A stretch of DNA of 64,000 nucleotides from an uncultured Gemmatimonadaceae bacterium (GCA_963843845.1 CAWJMB010000002.1:2720001-2784000), one strand, 5' to 3'. Counted from the stretch's first letter, positions 29,898-42,459 are shown. Notes: a model not told the origin generated them from the sequence alone. Numbers and translations: made by a program.

Positions 29898-31235
29898 TTG
29901 CGCCACGCCGGTCGGCCGCGTTCGATTGCCGCCTTGCCCACGACCTCCGATCTCCCCACCGGCGGCGTTCGCGCTGCGACGAGCGGCCGCGGCCCCGCGG
30001 TTCGTGCGCTCGTCGCGCTGATCGCGGGGCTCGCGCTCGGCATCGCGGTCGTCTCGTCCGGCTCGGCGACGGCGGCGCGCGCCGTGTCGTGGATCGAGCC
30101 GCTCGGCACGCTCTGGGTGAACGCGATCCGCATGACGATCATCCCACTGATCGTCTCGTCGCTGCTCGTCGCGGTCGCTGCCGCCGGAGGGCGCGCCGTC
30201 GGGCGGCTCGGCGTACGGGCATTCGTCATCTTCGTCGCGCTGCTGTCGCTCGTCGCGCTCGTGACGACGCTGCTCGCGCCGCCGCTGTTCGCACGGCTCG
30301 TCGTCGACCCGGCGGCCGCGCAGTCGATCCGCGCCGCGGCGACGGCGGTGGATCGCCCCGAGCTCCCGACGTTCGTCGGCTGGCTCGTGTCGCTCGTGCC
30401 GGCGAATCCGATCAGGGCGGCGGCCGACGGCGCGATGCTGCCGCTCATCGTGTTCACGCTGACGTTCGCGCTCGCGCTCGGGCGCCTCGCGGAGGAGACG
30501 CGCGGCGCGGTCGTGCTGTTCTTCCAGGGCGTCGCCGACGCGATGACCGTCGTCGTGCAGTGGGTGCTCGCCGCCGCGCCGCTCGGCGTGTTCGCGCTCG
30601 CGGTCGGGCTGGCGACGCGGCTGGGCGCGGGTGTCGTCGGCGCCGTGGCGTTCTACCTCGCGGCACACTCGGCCCTCATCGTCGTGGCGATCGCGCTGGT
30701 CTACGTCGTCGTGGCGGCGTTCGGCGGCGTCTCGCCGCTGCGCTTCGCGCGGGCGGCGCTCCCGGCGCAGATCGTCGCGGCGACGACGCGCTCGTCGATG
30801 GCCGCGCTGCCGTCCGCGTTCACGGCGGCGGAGCAGGCGCTGGGGTTGCCGCGCGCGGTCACGAGCTTCGCGCTGCCGCTCGCCGTCTCGGTGTTCCGAC
30901 TGAACCAGGCGGTGTCGTGGGTGGCGATGGCGCTGTTCGCGTCGAAGCTCTACGGCGTCCCGTTAGGCACCGAGCAGGTCGTGTCGCTGGCCGTGACGTC
31001 GGTGCTCATGAGCTTCAGCGTGCCCGGAATCCCGAGCGGGTCGCTCTTCGTCGTCGCGCCGTTCTTCGCGGCCGTGGGCATCCCGCCGGAGAGCGTGGGG
31101 GTGCTCATCGCGCTCGACCTCGTTCCCGATCTGTTCAAGACACCGCTCAACGTGACGGGGCACATCGCCTCGGTCGCGCTCCTCGCGCGCGGCGAGCGCG
31201 CGGTGCGCGAGGTGCGCGAGGTGCGCGGCACCTGA
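29898..31235 (+). CDS. Dicarboxylate/amino acid:cation symporter (DAACS)
   Basis: MTIIPLIVSSL, VPANPI, TTRSSMAALP, PGIPSGS, NVTGH; true start may be slightly downstream. Confidence 0.9.
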   Translation: MRHAGRPRSIAALPTTSDLPTGGVRAATSGRGPAVRALVALIAGLALGIAVVSSGSATAARAVSWIEPLGTLWVNAIRMTIIPLIVSSLLVAVAAAGGRAVGRLGVRAFVIFVALLSLVALVTTLLAPPLFARLVVDPAAAQSIRAAATAVDRPELPTFVGWLVSLVPANPIRAAADGAMLPLIVFTLTFALALGRLAEETRGAVVLFFQGVADAMTVVVQWVLAAAPLGVFALAVGLATRLGAGVVGAVAFYLAAHSALIVVAIALVYVVVAAFGGVSPLRFARAALPAQIVAATTRSSMAALPSAFTAAEQALGLPRAVTSFALPLAVSVFRLNQAVSWVAMALFASKLYGVPLGTEQVVSLAVTSVLMSFSVPGIPSGSLFVVAPFFAAVGIPPESVGVLIALDLVPDLFKTPLNVTGHIASVALLARGERAVREVREVRGT

Positions 31236-31243
31236 CGCGGTCG

Positions 31244-33067
31244 CTACCGCGCGAGGCGCTCCCGGAGCGTCGCAGCGCGGGCGGCGGTTCGGTCGGCGAA
31301 GCAGGGCACGCGCGCTGCGCCCCACCGCGACCCGGGCCCCGCCGGCGCACTGAGGCGACATACCCGATCGCGTTCGCTCACCCACGCACGCTGCTCGGCG
31401 CGCAGCGCCTCCTCGGCCCGCGCCCCGCCGCGCAGGCGCACCTCGGCGATCAGCGCGCGATACGTGCGGTTGAGCGCGACGTCGTTGCGAGCGATCGCGG
31501 CGAGCAGGCAGGCCTCCTGGTCGTCGTTCGCGGCGGAGTCGCAGCGCGCGTCACCGTACGTGGCCGATCCCGTCGGCACGCGCGGCACCGTCGGCGCGGT
31601 AGGTGCCGGCACGCGCGCCGGGACCCGCTGCGGGGTCGCGCGCGGCGGCGTCGTGCGCTGCGGGGTCGCGCGCGGCGAGGTCGCGCGCTGCGGCGCCGAG
31701 GGCGGCGGCGCCGAGGGCGGCGGCGTCGCGCGTGACCGGCCGGGACGCACGGTGGTCGGTCGCGACAGCGGCGGCGGTGCGGCCAGGTCGACGCCGCCGC
31801 CGGCCGTCTCGCGCACCGTCGCGCGCGGCGCGGGCACCGGGATCGGCTCGACGTCCTGCGCGGGCGGCGCTCCCGCCGTCGCGGCGACGAGCAGCGAGTC
31901 GAGGGCCGGGTCCGCGGCGATGACGGCGCGTGGGTCGCGCCGGGACGTGAGCGCGAACGCCGCGATCACCACCAGCAGCAGCGCGACCGCGCCGCCGACC
32001 CAGGCGCCTCGCCGACGGCGCCCGTGCCGACGGTGCTCCGGGCCGGACGAACGAGTCGACGCCGTCACCGGCGCGGGTGCCGCGGACGGCGACGGCGTGG
32101 CGGTCGCGGCCCGCGCGACGGAGAGCGTGTCGTCGTCGATCGACGCGTCCTCGAAGGCGACGGCGCGCGGCTTCGGCAGCGTGCTCGCGACTGGCGTCAG
32201 CCGCTCCAGCAGCTCGCCCCCGTCGCGCCAGCGGCAGTCGGGGTCCTTCTCGATCGCCCCCTCGATGGCGCGGAGGAGGAACGTCGGAATGTCCGGGCGC
32301 AGCGCGTCGAGCGCGGGCAGCCGCTCGTGCTGCTGCTTGTGGAGCACGCCGTAGAGCGTCTCGCCCTCCCACGGCCGCTGGCCGGCCAGCATCTCCCAGC
32401 CGACGAGCCCGAGCGCGTAGACGTCGGCGCGCGCGTCGACCAGACGGCCGTCCACCTGCTCCGGCGCCATGTACGACGGCGTGCCGATCGCCGAGCCGAC
32501 CGCGGTGAGCTGGGTGTCGACGTCGATGAGCCGGGCCACGCCGAAGTCGGCGAGCAGCACGCGGCCCGTGTGCTCCTCGATGAGGATGTTGTCCGGCTTG
32601 ACGTCGCGATGCACGATGCGGCGCTCGTGCGCGTGGGCGAGGGCCGAGGCGATCTCGCGCAGCAGCGCCGTCGCCCGCTCGAACGGCAGCCTTCCCTCCC
32701 GCCGCAGCGTCTCGCGGAGCGACTCGCCGCTGACGTACTCGCTCACGATCGCCGCGGGTCGCCCGTCGAGCGCCTCGACGTGCAGCACGCGGAGGATGCT
32801 CGGGTGCTCGAGCGAGGCGACGGTGCGCGCCTCGCGCTCGAACCGGCGCCCCATCTCGTCGTCCCCGTCGGCGGCCCCCTTGAGCAGCTTCACCGCCACG
32901 AGCCGCCCCGTCGCGACCTCGCGCGCGAGATACACGACCGACATCCCGCCGCGCCCGAGCTCGCGCTGGAACTCGTAGCGGTCGGTGAGGCGTCGAGCGT
33001 CGGGCTCGATGGCGTCGATCGGCAACACGGCAGACCTCGGGGGAGACGGTGTGCTCATCAATAGCAT
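31244..33067 (-). CDS. Hanks-type Ser/Thr kinase with TM helix and C-terminal LprI/DUF1311-like domain
   Basis: LGRGGMSVVY, VAVK, HRDVKPDN, DFG, GTPSYMAPEQ; TM WVGGAVALLLVVIAAFAL; C-terminal C...C...DVALNRTY...LRAEQRAWVSERDRVC...C. Confidence 0.9.
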   Translation of the reverse strand: MLLMSTPSPPRSAVLPIDAIEPDARRLTDRYEFQRELGRGGMSVVYLAREVATGRLVAVKLLKGAADGDDEMGRRFEREARTVASLEHPSILRVLHVEALDGRPAAIVSEYVSGESLRETLRREGRLPFERATALLREIASALAHAHERRIVHRDVKPDNILIEEHTGRVLLADFGVARLIDVDTQLTAVGSAIGTPSYMAPEQVDGRLVDARADVYALGLVGWEMLAGQRPWEGETLYGVLHKQQHERLPALDALRPDIPTFLLRAIEGAIEKDPDCRWRDGGELLERLTPVASTLPKPRAVAFEDASIDDDTLSVARAATATPSPSAAPAPVTASTRSSGPEHRRHGRRRRGAWVGGAVALLLVVIAAFALTSRRDPRAVIAADPALDSLLVAATAGAPPAQDVEPIPVPAPRATVRETAGGGVDLAAPPPLSRPTTVRPGRSRATPPPSAPPPSAPQRATSPRATPQRTTPPRATPQRVPARVPAPTAPTVPRVPTGSATYGDARCDSAANDDQEACLLAAIARNDVALNRTYRALIAEVRLRGGARAEEALRAEQRAWVSERDRVCRLSAPAGPGSRWGAARVPCFADRTAARAATLRERLAR

Positions 33068-33073
33068 CCGTCA

Positions 33074-34791
<1,718 letters not shown>

Positions 34792-35003
34792 GCGGCGAGC
34801 GCTCCGCGAGAGAGAGAGTGGTGCGGAAGATGTCGCCGCGGCCGGCGCGCGGGAACCGTTAGGCAGCCGCGGAGGGCCCGACTTGCGGCGGCGACCGCGA
34901 CGGGTACGTTCCGCTCTCCCCGCGACCTCCGTCCGCCCCGCGCCATGACCGACACCCCCGCCTCGCCGATCACGTCCGACGCCGTCCTCGCGGTCCGGAA
35001 CCG

Positions 35004-35489
35004 GTGAGCGCGCTCCTCGCCGCCTTCCTCTTCGGCGTCGTCGCCGGCTCGCGCTCGATGCTCGCGCCGGCCGCGGTGTCGTACGCGGCAGCGACCGGGC
35101 GCCTCGACGTCGACGGCACGTGGGCGCACTTCCTCGAGACGATGGTCGCCCACCTCGTCACCGTCGTGCTCGCGCTCGGCGAGCTGGTCGTCGACAAGCT
35201 TCCCTTCGCGCCGAGCCGCAAGGCGCCGGGCCCGTTCGCGGGGCGTGTGCTGAGCGGCGCGTTCTGCGGTGCCGTCGTCGGCACGGCCGCGGAGGGTGCG
35301 GCGCTCGGCGCCGCGGTCGGTGCGTTCGCCGGCGCGGCCGGCGCCGTGTGCGGCACGCTCGGGGGCTACGCGTTCCGCGTGGCGCTCGCGCGGCGCCTCG
35401 GGCGCGACCTGCCGGCGGCGCTCGTCGAGGACGGCGTCGCGATCGCGCTCGCCGTCGCGGCGGTCACCATCGTCGCGGCCTCGCGCTGA
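35004..35489 (+). CDS. DUF4126-like membrane protein
   Basis: [30 protein letters not shown]. Confidence 0.75.
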   Translation: MSALLAAFLFGVVAGSRSMLAPAAVSYAAATGRLDVDGTWAHFLETMVAHLVTVVLALGELVVDKLPFAPSRKAPGPFAGRVLSGAFCGAVVGTAAEGAALGAAVGAFAGAAGAVCGTLGGYAFRVALARRLGRDLPAALVEDGVAIALAVAAVTIVAASR

Positions 35490-35498
35490 CCCGCGGCG

Positions 35499-36962
35499 TC
35501 ACTCGACGCGGATCGCTCGCCACCGGCCCTGCCGGAATCGGAGCACGCTCAGCGTACACCGCGTCACGTGCCCCGTGAGGATCGCGAGCCAGATGTCCAT
35601 CGGGTCGAGCTGCGACGTGCGCTGCACGACGAAGCAGATGCCGAGCGGCACGACGATCTGCGAGACGATCGAGATGTAGAGCGGGCTCTTCGTGTCGCCC
35701 GTGCCCTGCAGCCCGCCGGTGTAGGTCAGCGCGACGGCGATGAACAGCCCCGACACGCTGAGCACGCGCAGCAGCTGCGTGCCGACCGAGAGCACGCCGT
35801 CGTCGGTTCATGCCGAACGCTCGCGAGCAGCTGCCGCGGCGAAGAAGAAGAAGGCGAGGCCGACGACCGCTGCGCCCGCCGAACGCGAAGCGCGCCGCGA
35901 CGTGCACCGCCGCCTCGCGCGCGGTCCGGCTGCCCGGCGCCGAGGTTCTGACCGGCGACCGCGGCGGCGGCGCCCATGAGCCCGACGACGTCCACGTGAT
36001 GAGCGAGAAGAGCTGCGAGTACGACACCGCGAACGCCGCCTGCGCCGCGGCGCTCTGCGCGAGCGAGCCGATGAACGCCAGCATCAGCACGCCGCCGACG
36101 TTCATCGCGATGCCCTGGATGCCGGTCGGCAGCCCGAACCGGAAGAGCGCGCGGATGATCGCCCAGTCGGGGCAGCAGCCGCGCGCCGCGCGGGAAGCGA
36201 CACGACCCACCCGCCGGCCCACAGCTTCCACAGCGCGTAGGTCGCGACGAGCCCCGAGGCGAGCACCGTCCCCATCGCCGCGCCGGCCGTGCCGAACGCC
36301 GGAATCGGTCCGAGCCCGCGGATCAGCACCACGTTGAACGCGACGTTCAGCACCGTCATCGCGATGCCCAGCACCATCGGCGTGCGCGCGTCGCCCGCCG
36401 AGCGCAGCGCGCCGCCGAGCATGAAGAACACGAGCATGCCGATGCTGAAGACGAACATGATGCGCAGGAACGGCAGCGCCTCCGCCTTCACCGCCGGCGC
36501 GGCGTTCACGAGGTCGAGCAGTGAGGGCGACGCGAAGTAGCCGATCGGCGCCATGACGACCAGCGCGAGCACGATCGCGGTGAGGAACGCCTGGTAGACG
36601 GTGCGGTCGACCTTCTCCTCGTCGCCGGCGCCGGCGAAGCGCGCGACGAGCACGCTCATGCCGGTGAACAGCGACGAGATGAACACGATGACGACGAGGA
36701 AGATCTGCCAGCTCACGCCGATCGCCGCGTTGCCCGGGTACCCGACGAGGTGGCCGACGAGCACGTGGTCGATGATCCCCTGCAGGCCGCCGATGACGTT
36801 CGTGAGCATCGTCGGCCACGCGATCTTCCACACGGCCGAGCGCAGCGGCCCTTCGATGATCGACCGGTCGAAGCGACGCGCGCCGGGACGAGCCGGCGGC
36901 ACAGCGGGTGCCGCAGTCGCCGCGAGCGCGGGCGCCGCAGCCGGACGGTCGGACGTGGTCAT
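35499..36962 (-). CDS. MATE family efflux transporter, several frameshifts (35800-36200)
   Basis: VWKIAWP, LRSAGDARTP, GTAGAAMGT, GQNLGAG, LQGTGDTKSP. Confidence 0.88.
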
Positions 36963-37041
36963 GCGCGAAAGCCTGGGGACGCCTTCCGTACGGACGGCTG
37001 TGGGGTACAAACTATCATTCTGTCCCCCACACGCCCTCTAC

Positions 37042-37782
37042 ATGCGCATCTCCCGACTCAGGATCCTGACAGCGGTGTTCGCGGTTGCGCCGGCCGCGCC
37101 GGCCGCGTCGGCCGCGGCGCAGCAGGCGACCGTGACGCGTGCGTACGCCGGCGGCGACAGCGCGGGCATCGCGAAGGCGCGCGCCGATAGCCTCAAGTAC
37201 CCGTACACGGCCGCCGACGTGCGCTTCATGACGAACATGATCGGCCACCACGCGCAGGCCATCGTCATGTCGCGCATGGCGCCGTCGCACGGTGCGAGCG
37301 CGTCGGTCCAGACGCTCGCCGGCCGCATCATCAACGCGCAGCAAGACGAGATCGCGGCGATGCAGCGATGGCTGGCCGACCGGCGACAGCCGGTGCCGCA
37401 GCCCGCCGCCCTCGCGCCGCGGGGCGCGGCGGCGACCGGGCACGACGATCACATGAGCATGGCGATGGATCACGGCGCGATGAACGCCGCCGGGAGCGCG
37501 TCGGAGCATACGATGCCGATGGCGGGGATGCTCACCGCGGCCCAGCTCGCGCAGCTCGACTCGGCGCGCGGGCGCGAGTTCGACCGGCTCTTCCTCCAGT
37601 ACATGATCCAGCACCACTCGGGCGCCACGTCGATGGTGAAGGAGCTGTTCGACACGTACGGCGCCGGGCAGGACGAAACGATCTTCAAGTTCGCGTCCGA
37701 CGTGAACGTCGATCAGACGACCGAGATCGCGCGCATGCAGCGCATGCTCTTCACCGTGTTGTTCGAGCGCGCGACGCCCTGA
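37042..37782 (+). CDS. DUF305 (CopM-like, ferritin-like fold) exported protein
   Basis: Signal peptide, DVRFMTNMIGHHAQAIVM, His/Met-rich loop, FLQYMIQHHSGA, DQTTEIARM. Confidence 0.88.
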   Translation: MRISRLRILTAVFAVAPAAPAASAAAQQATVTRAYAGGDSAGIAKARADSLKYPYTAADVRFMTNMIGHHAQAIVMSRMAPSHGASASVQTLAGRIINAQQDEIAAMQRWLADRRQPVPQPAALAPRGAAATGHDDHMSMAMDHGAMNAAGSASEHTMPMAGMLTAAQLAQLDSARGREFDRLFLQYMIQHHSGATSMVKELFDTYGAGQDETIFKFASDVNVDQTTEIARMQRMLFTVLFERATP

Positions 37783-37830
37783 GGTCGTCGCGCGCGGCAT
37801 CTCTCCCACCTCATCCACGCCAGAGACCCC

Positions 37831-39780
37831 ATGCTGTCTCGTACCACCGCTCGCGGACTGAGCCTCGCGGCACTCGCGCTCGCCGCCGCGCCGCTCGTCG
37901 CGCAGCCGTCAGCCCGACCCGCGCGTCGGCCTCAAGGCCGGCCTGAACGACGCCGGCGAAGCCATCTGGAACCTGAGGTCCTCTCCAAGACGCCGCCGTC
38001 GGAGAAGTTCGTCGGGAGCACGAATTCCGACCTCGCGTTCCGCGGGAACTACGTCATCCAGGGGAGCTACAACGGCTACCAGATCTGGGACATCTCGAAC
38101 CCGTCGGCCGTTCGGAACGTCGTCGCCAACTACTGCCCGGCGTCGCAGAGCGACGTCTCGGTCTACAAGAACCTGCTGTTCGTCTCCGCGGAGGGGAACA
38201 CGGGGCGGATCGACTGCGGCAACCAGGGCGTCAAGGACACCGTCAGCACCGACCGGATCAAGGGAATCCGGATCTTCGACATCACCGACATCACGAAGCC
38301 GCGCAACGTCGCGAACGTGCAGACGTGCCGCGGCTCGCACACGCACTCGGTGCTCGTCGACCCGAAGGACCCGGCCAACGTCTACGTCTACGTCTCGGGC
38401 TCGGCCGGCATCCGACCGGCGGCCGAGCTGTCGGGCTGCATCCGCGACGTGAAGGACGCCAACACCGCGGAGATGCGCCTCGAGGTCATCAAGGTGCCGC
38501 TCGCGAACCCCGAGCGCGCGGCGATCGTCTCGTCGCCGCGCGTGTTCAACAACCTCGCGGCGGTGCCGCGCCGCCGCTCGCAGGCGCCCGACGACCGCGC
38601 CGCGCTCGAGGCCGTGCGCGCGCGTGGCGGCTTCGTCGTCGAGGTCGGCGGCGAGCCGATGCAGCTCCCCGGCATGTACGTGCGCGTCATGCTCGACAGC
38701 ATCGTGAAGCTGCGCGGCGGCACCGGCGCGTCCGCCGCGACGGCGGCCGACAGCGCGGCGCTCCGCGAGCAGCTTCCGTCGATCATCGCCCGCATGATGG
38801 GCTCGCAGAGCGACGCGAGCGCGCAGCGCCCGGCGGTCACGCAGTGCCACGACGTCACGCTCCACCCGGGGCTCGGCCTCGCCGGCGGTGCGTGCGAGGG
38901 TTACGGGCTGCTGATCGACATCAGGAACCCCACGGCGCCGGTCCGCCTCGCCGCGGTCGCCGACACGAACTTCTCGTACTGGCACTCGGCGACGTTCAGC
39001 AACGACGGGAAGAAGGTGCTGTTCTCCGACGAGTGGGGCGGCGGCGGCGCGCCGAAGTGCCGTGCGTCCGACCCGAAGGAGTGGGGCGCCGACGCGATCT
39101 ACTCGATCGACAACGGCCGGATGACCTTCCAGGGCTACTACAAGCTCCCGGCCGCGCAGACGGACAAGGAGAACTGCGTCGCGCACAACGGCTCGCTCAT
39201 CCCGATCCCGGGGCGCGACGTCATGGTGCAGGCGTTCTATCAGGGCGGCATCACGGTGTTCGACTGGACGGACCCGAAGAACGTGAAGGAGATCGCGTTC
39301 TTCGACCGTGGCCCGATCGATTCGACGCGCTTCACGAGCGGCGGCTCGTGGTCGGTCTACTGGTACAACGGCAAGCTCGTGAGCTCCGAGATCGCCCGCG
39401 GCCTCGACATCTTCGAGCTGACGCCGAGCGACTGGCTGTCGCAGAACGAGATCGACGCGGCGAACACGGTGAAGCTCGAGTACCTCAATACGCAGGGGCA
39501 GCCGACGTACGTCTGGCCGCCGTCGTTCGCGAAGTCGCGTGCCTTCGTCGATCAGCTCGAGCGGTCGCGCGGGCTGACGGCCGATCGGATCTCGGCGGTG
39601 CGGAGCGCGCTGCAGAGCGCGGAGGGCGCGTCGGGCGCGGCTCGGCGCAGCGCGCTGACCCGTCTCGCGACGCAGATCGACGCCGACGCGCGCGGGTCGG
39701 GCGACATGGCGAAGGTGCAGATGCTCGCCGCCTCGGTGCGCGAGCTGGCGACCGGCACGGGGACGCGCGTCTCGAAGTGA
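37831..39780 (+). CDS. Exported LVIVD-repeat beta-propeller protein
   Basis: NSDLAF, CPASQSDVSV, QTCRGSHTH, QCHDVT, WHSATF, ENCVAHNGS; a short compensated frameshift near 37905-37975 is likely. Confidence 0.82.
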   Translation: MLSRTTARGLSLAALALAAAPLVAQPSARPARRPQGRPERRRRSHLEPEVLSKTPPSEKFVGSTNSDLAFRGNYVIQGSYNGYQIWDISNPSAVRNVVANYCPASQSDVSVYKNLLFVSAEGNTGRIDCGNQGVKDTVSTDRIKGIRIFDITDITKPRNVANVQTCRGSHTHSVLVDPKDPANVYVYVSGSAGIRPAAELSGCIRDVKDANTAEMRLEVIKVPLANPERAAIVSSPRVFNNLAAVPRRRSQAPDDRAALEAVRARGGFVVEVGGEPMQLPGMYVRVMLDSIVKLRGGTGASAATAADSAALREQLPSIIARMMGSQSDASAQRPAVTQCHDVTLHPGLGLAGGACEGYGLLIDIRNPTAPVRLAAVADTNFSYWHSATFSNDGKKVLFSDEWGGGGAPKCRASDPKEWGADAIYSIDNGRMTFQGYYKLPAAQTDKENCVAHNGSLIPIPGRDVMVQAFYQGGITVFDWTDPKNVKEIAFFDRGPIDSTRFTSGGSWSVYWYNGKLVSSEIARGLDIFELTPSDWLSQNEIDAANTVKLEYLNTQGQPTYVWPPSFAKSRAFVDQLERSRGLTADRISAVRSALQSAEGASGAARRSALTRLATQIDADARGSGDMAKVQMLAASVRELATGTGTRVSK

Positions 39781-39804
39781 TCGTCGGCGTCACGGCGCAG
39801 GAAT

Positions 39805-39843
39805 GACGGGGGGCCGCGGACGGATCGTCCGCGGCCCCTCGTC
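39805..39843. terminator. Stem-loop downstream of LVIVD gene
   Basis: GACGGGGGGCCGCGGACG-GAT-CGTCCGCGGCCCCTCGTC. Confidence 0.55.
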
Positions 39844-39984
39844 GCGTGGAGCACGCTGTGGCATCGCCGCTACAGCTGCGGCCCAAAAAAGTGATGGCCG
39901 CCATCCCCGGAGGATGGTATTGTTGTGCCCGTTCGCCGAATGCCGCCGCCGTTGGATGTACTGACCCGCACCCTGGTTCTCACA

Positions 39985-41130
39985 ATGAAGCCGACCCGTC
40001 GTCGCACCGTTCCTCATCAGATCTGGGCCGCCGTGGTCCCCTTCGCGGCGACAGGCGTCGCGCACGCACAGGTCACCTACATGCGCGCCGCCGCGACGAA
40101 GCAGCTCGGCGCGAGCCCGGCGCAGACGTTCGAGCAGGTGTACGACCCGGCCAACGGCATGTTCTCGGATCCGGTCGACGTCCTCGATTTCGACTTCGAC
40201 ATGGACGGGAACAACAGCGGCATCCACACGTACGGCTCGACGACCGGCGACTTCGGCAGCCGCTCGTCGGGAACGCGGGTCTACGCGATCACCGGCGACT
40301 ATCTGATCCGCCAGACGTTCACGAACCCGTTCACGACCGCGCAGAACGTCGCCTTCAACTTCTACATCAATCCCGGCACGATCCAGAACTACGCGCCCGG
40401 TGTGCTGACGGGGAGCGAGTTCGTGACGGCGGGGATCGCGTTCAACATCCGGCGCGACGGAACGTCGGTCTTCAGCAGCGACGCGACGCTGACGACGAAC
40501 GCGTCGGGTACGACGTACGTGCAGAACGGCGAGAACCTCTACACGCCGCAGCCCGCACCGGCCGGCGCCCCGTCGACGACGTACAACATCAACGGCGGCG
40601 CCCGGACGGTGTCGCTCGGCATGCTCGACGGGCTGGCATCGCTCACGCTCGAGTACACCCTCTCGACGTTCGCGAGCGGCAACCTGCCGGGTCGGACGTT
40701 CTTCGTGCCGGCGCAGACGTTCGTCGTGCCCGATCACTACATCGAGTTCTGCTGCGGCGGCGGATACGGCTACGGTGGATACGGTTGCAACCTCGCCGCG
40801 GCGCTCGTGAGCAACGAGTTCGGCGGTGCCGCGGTCGCTGCCAACGATTGCGCGCAGTTCGTGCCCGGCACGACGGTGACGATCGAGGAGCACTTCGTCG
40901 ACGGCGCGCCCGGCAGCTCGCACGCCAGCTCGGGCGACCCGTTCACGTTCGACGTCGACGGCCGCGTCATCGGCGACGGGAACAACAGCGCCGACCCGGT
41001 CGGCACGTCGTTCGTGACGTCCGCCGCGACCGTGCCGGAGCCGGCGACGATCGGGCTCACGATGAGCGGGCTGGCGATCATCGGCTTCGCCGCACGACGC
41101 CGTCGCCGCGTGAAGGTGACGTTCGGCTGA
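39985..41130 (+). CDS. PEP-CTERM sorting-signal surface protein
   Basis: Signal peptide (VAHAQ), Thr/Gly/Asn-rich body, VPEPATIGLTMSGLAIIGFAARRRRR. Confidence 0.9.
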   Translation: MKPTRRRTVPHQIWAAVVPFAATGVAHAQVTYMRAAATKQLGASPAQTFEQVYDPANGMFSDPVDVLDFDFDMDGNNSGIHTYGSTTGDFGSRSSGTRVYAITGDYLIRQTFTNPFTTAQNVAFNFYINPGTIQNYAPGVLTGSEFVTAGIAFNIRRDGTSVFSSDATLTTNASGTTYVQNGENLYTPQPAPAGAPSTTYNINGGARTVSLGMLDGLASLTLEYTLSTFASGNLPGRTFFVPAQTFVVPDHYIEFCCGGGYGYGGYGCNLAAALVSNEFGGAAVAANDCAQFVPGTTVTIEEHFVDGAPGSSHASSGDPFTFDVDGRVIGDGNNSADPVGTSFVTSAATVPEPATIGLTMSGLAIIGFAARRRRRVKVTFG

Positions 41131-41160
41131 ACGACGCGCTGCGCGGTCCTGCCGTGCGCG

Positions 41161-41200
41161 ACGCGGGCCCGGGACTCGTCCCGGGCCCGCGTTCCGTTTT
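41161..41200 (+). terminator. Intrinsic terminator-like hairpin
   Basis: ACGCGGGCCCGGGAC-TC-GTCCCGGGCCCGCGT followed by TCCGTTTT. Confidence 0.65.
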
Positions 41201-41259
41201 CGCCGAGCCTGCCGAGCGCCTGTCCGACGGGTGCCGGTCGCGCGGTCGACGGCGCCTGC

Positions 41260-42459
41260 CTAACGCAGCGTACTCTCCGCCGCGTCCGCGATCTCTGCGG
41301 TCTGCCGTTCCTGCGTGTAGCCGGCGTGCGCGGTCGCGAAGTCGTGCGCGCGGGCGCGGAACGCCGGCTCGTCGAGCAGGCGGCGCACGAGTGCCGGCCA
41401 GTCGGCGGGGCGCGGCCGCAGCGCCGCGTTCAGCCCGTAGCCGCCCCGCTCGACGTTGCGTGAGATCAGGAACTGCTCGGTCTGCATCGGCAGCAGCAGC
41501 AGGGGCACGCCGTGCAGGAGGGCGTGCGCGATCGTCGCCTCGCCACCGTGTCCGACACACAGCGCGCATCCGTCGAGCGCGGTGAACAGGTCGACCGGGC
41601 GGCGCGCGTAGCGAATGCGCGGCGAGACGACGGGGGTCGGTTTTCCGGCCGCGACCTCAGGCATGTAGCAGAGTGTCCGCGCCCCCGCCCCGGCGAGCGC
41701 CGTCAGCACCGCCGCCGAGTCCGGGTGCTGACCGCGCAGATACGCGAACACCTTCGGGCCGTCGCACTCCGGCCACCGCCCCGGCTCGCCGCTCCGATCG
41801 CCGAGGCTCGGTCCGGAGAAGTGAACGCGCTCGGTGACGTCGCGCGTGTAGTGGTCGATCTCGGGCCACGTGCAGAGCACGGGCCGGTCGCCGCGGAACA
41901 GCTGTGCGAGGCGGTCGAACGGCCGCGCGCCGTACTCCGCGAGCACGTCGGTCACGCTCTGCGACACGCGTGATTCCGCATACTCGAGGCGCCCAGCCGC
42001 GATCGGCTCCCAGTCGAGGAACGCCGGCATCGGTGCCTGGTCCGGGGGAAGGAAGAATCCGATCCCGGCGGTCGTCGTCGGCACGTCGAGCGCGCGCGCC
42101 GCGACGAGCGCGCTCGGCGAGTAGTCGCAGACGAGCGCGTCGGCCCCGAGCAGGCGGATGAGGTTCGCCCACCCGGCGACGAGCCCGCGCAGCGCGTTCG
42201 CGTCGAGGTAGCCTAACGCCAACAGGATCTCGGCCATCGACGCCTGCACCTTCGGGACGCCGACGGTGTTGTGCAGCCACACCGGCGCCTGATAGCGCGG
42301 CACGTCGAGATCGCGCAGCAGCACATCCGTCTGTACGAGGTCGCGCAGCACGAGCGAGACGCGGTGCCCGCGCCGGACGAGCTCGCGCGCGACCGGCTTC
42401 AATCGCCCGGCGTGTCCGAGCCCGCCGCCCAGCTCCCACGTCAGAACGAAATGGCTCAT
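41260..42459 (-). CDS. GT-B glycosyltransferase (UDP-glycosyltransferase-like)
   Basis: WELGGGLGH, CDYSP, HGGEAT, GVPLLLLPMQTEQ. Confidence 0.85.
   Translation of the reverse strand: MSHFVLTWELGGGLGHAGRLKPVARELVRRGHRVSLVLRDLVQTDVLLRDLDVPRYQAPVWLHNTVGVPKVQASMAEILLALGYLDANALRGLVAGWANLIRLLGADALVCDYSPSALVAARALDVPTTTAGIGFFLPPDQAPMPAFLDWEPIAAGRLEYAESRVSQSVTDVLAEYGARPFDRLAQLFRGDRPVLCTWPEIDHYTRDVTERVHFSGPSLGDRSGEPGRWPECDGPKVFAYLRGQHPDSAAVLTALAGAGARTLCYMPEVAAGKPTPVVSPRIRYARRPVDLFTALDGCALCVGHGGEATIAHALLHGVPLLLLPMQTEQFLISRNVERGGYGLNAALRPRPADWPALVRRLLDEPAFRARAHDFATAHAGYTQERQTAEIADAAESTLR

Noticed and set aside
39860..39985. Sigma-54 promoter upstream of the PEP-CTERM gene
   Set aside because: The best candidate TGGTATTGTTGTGC has 9 rather than 10 bases between GG and GC.
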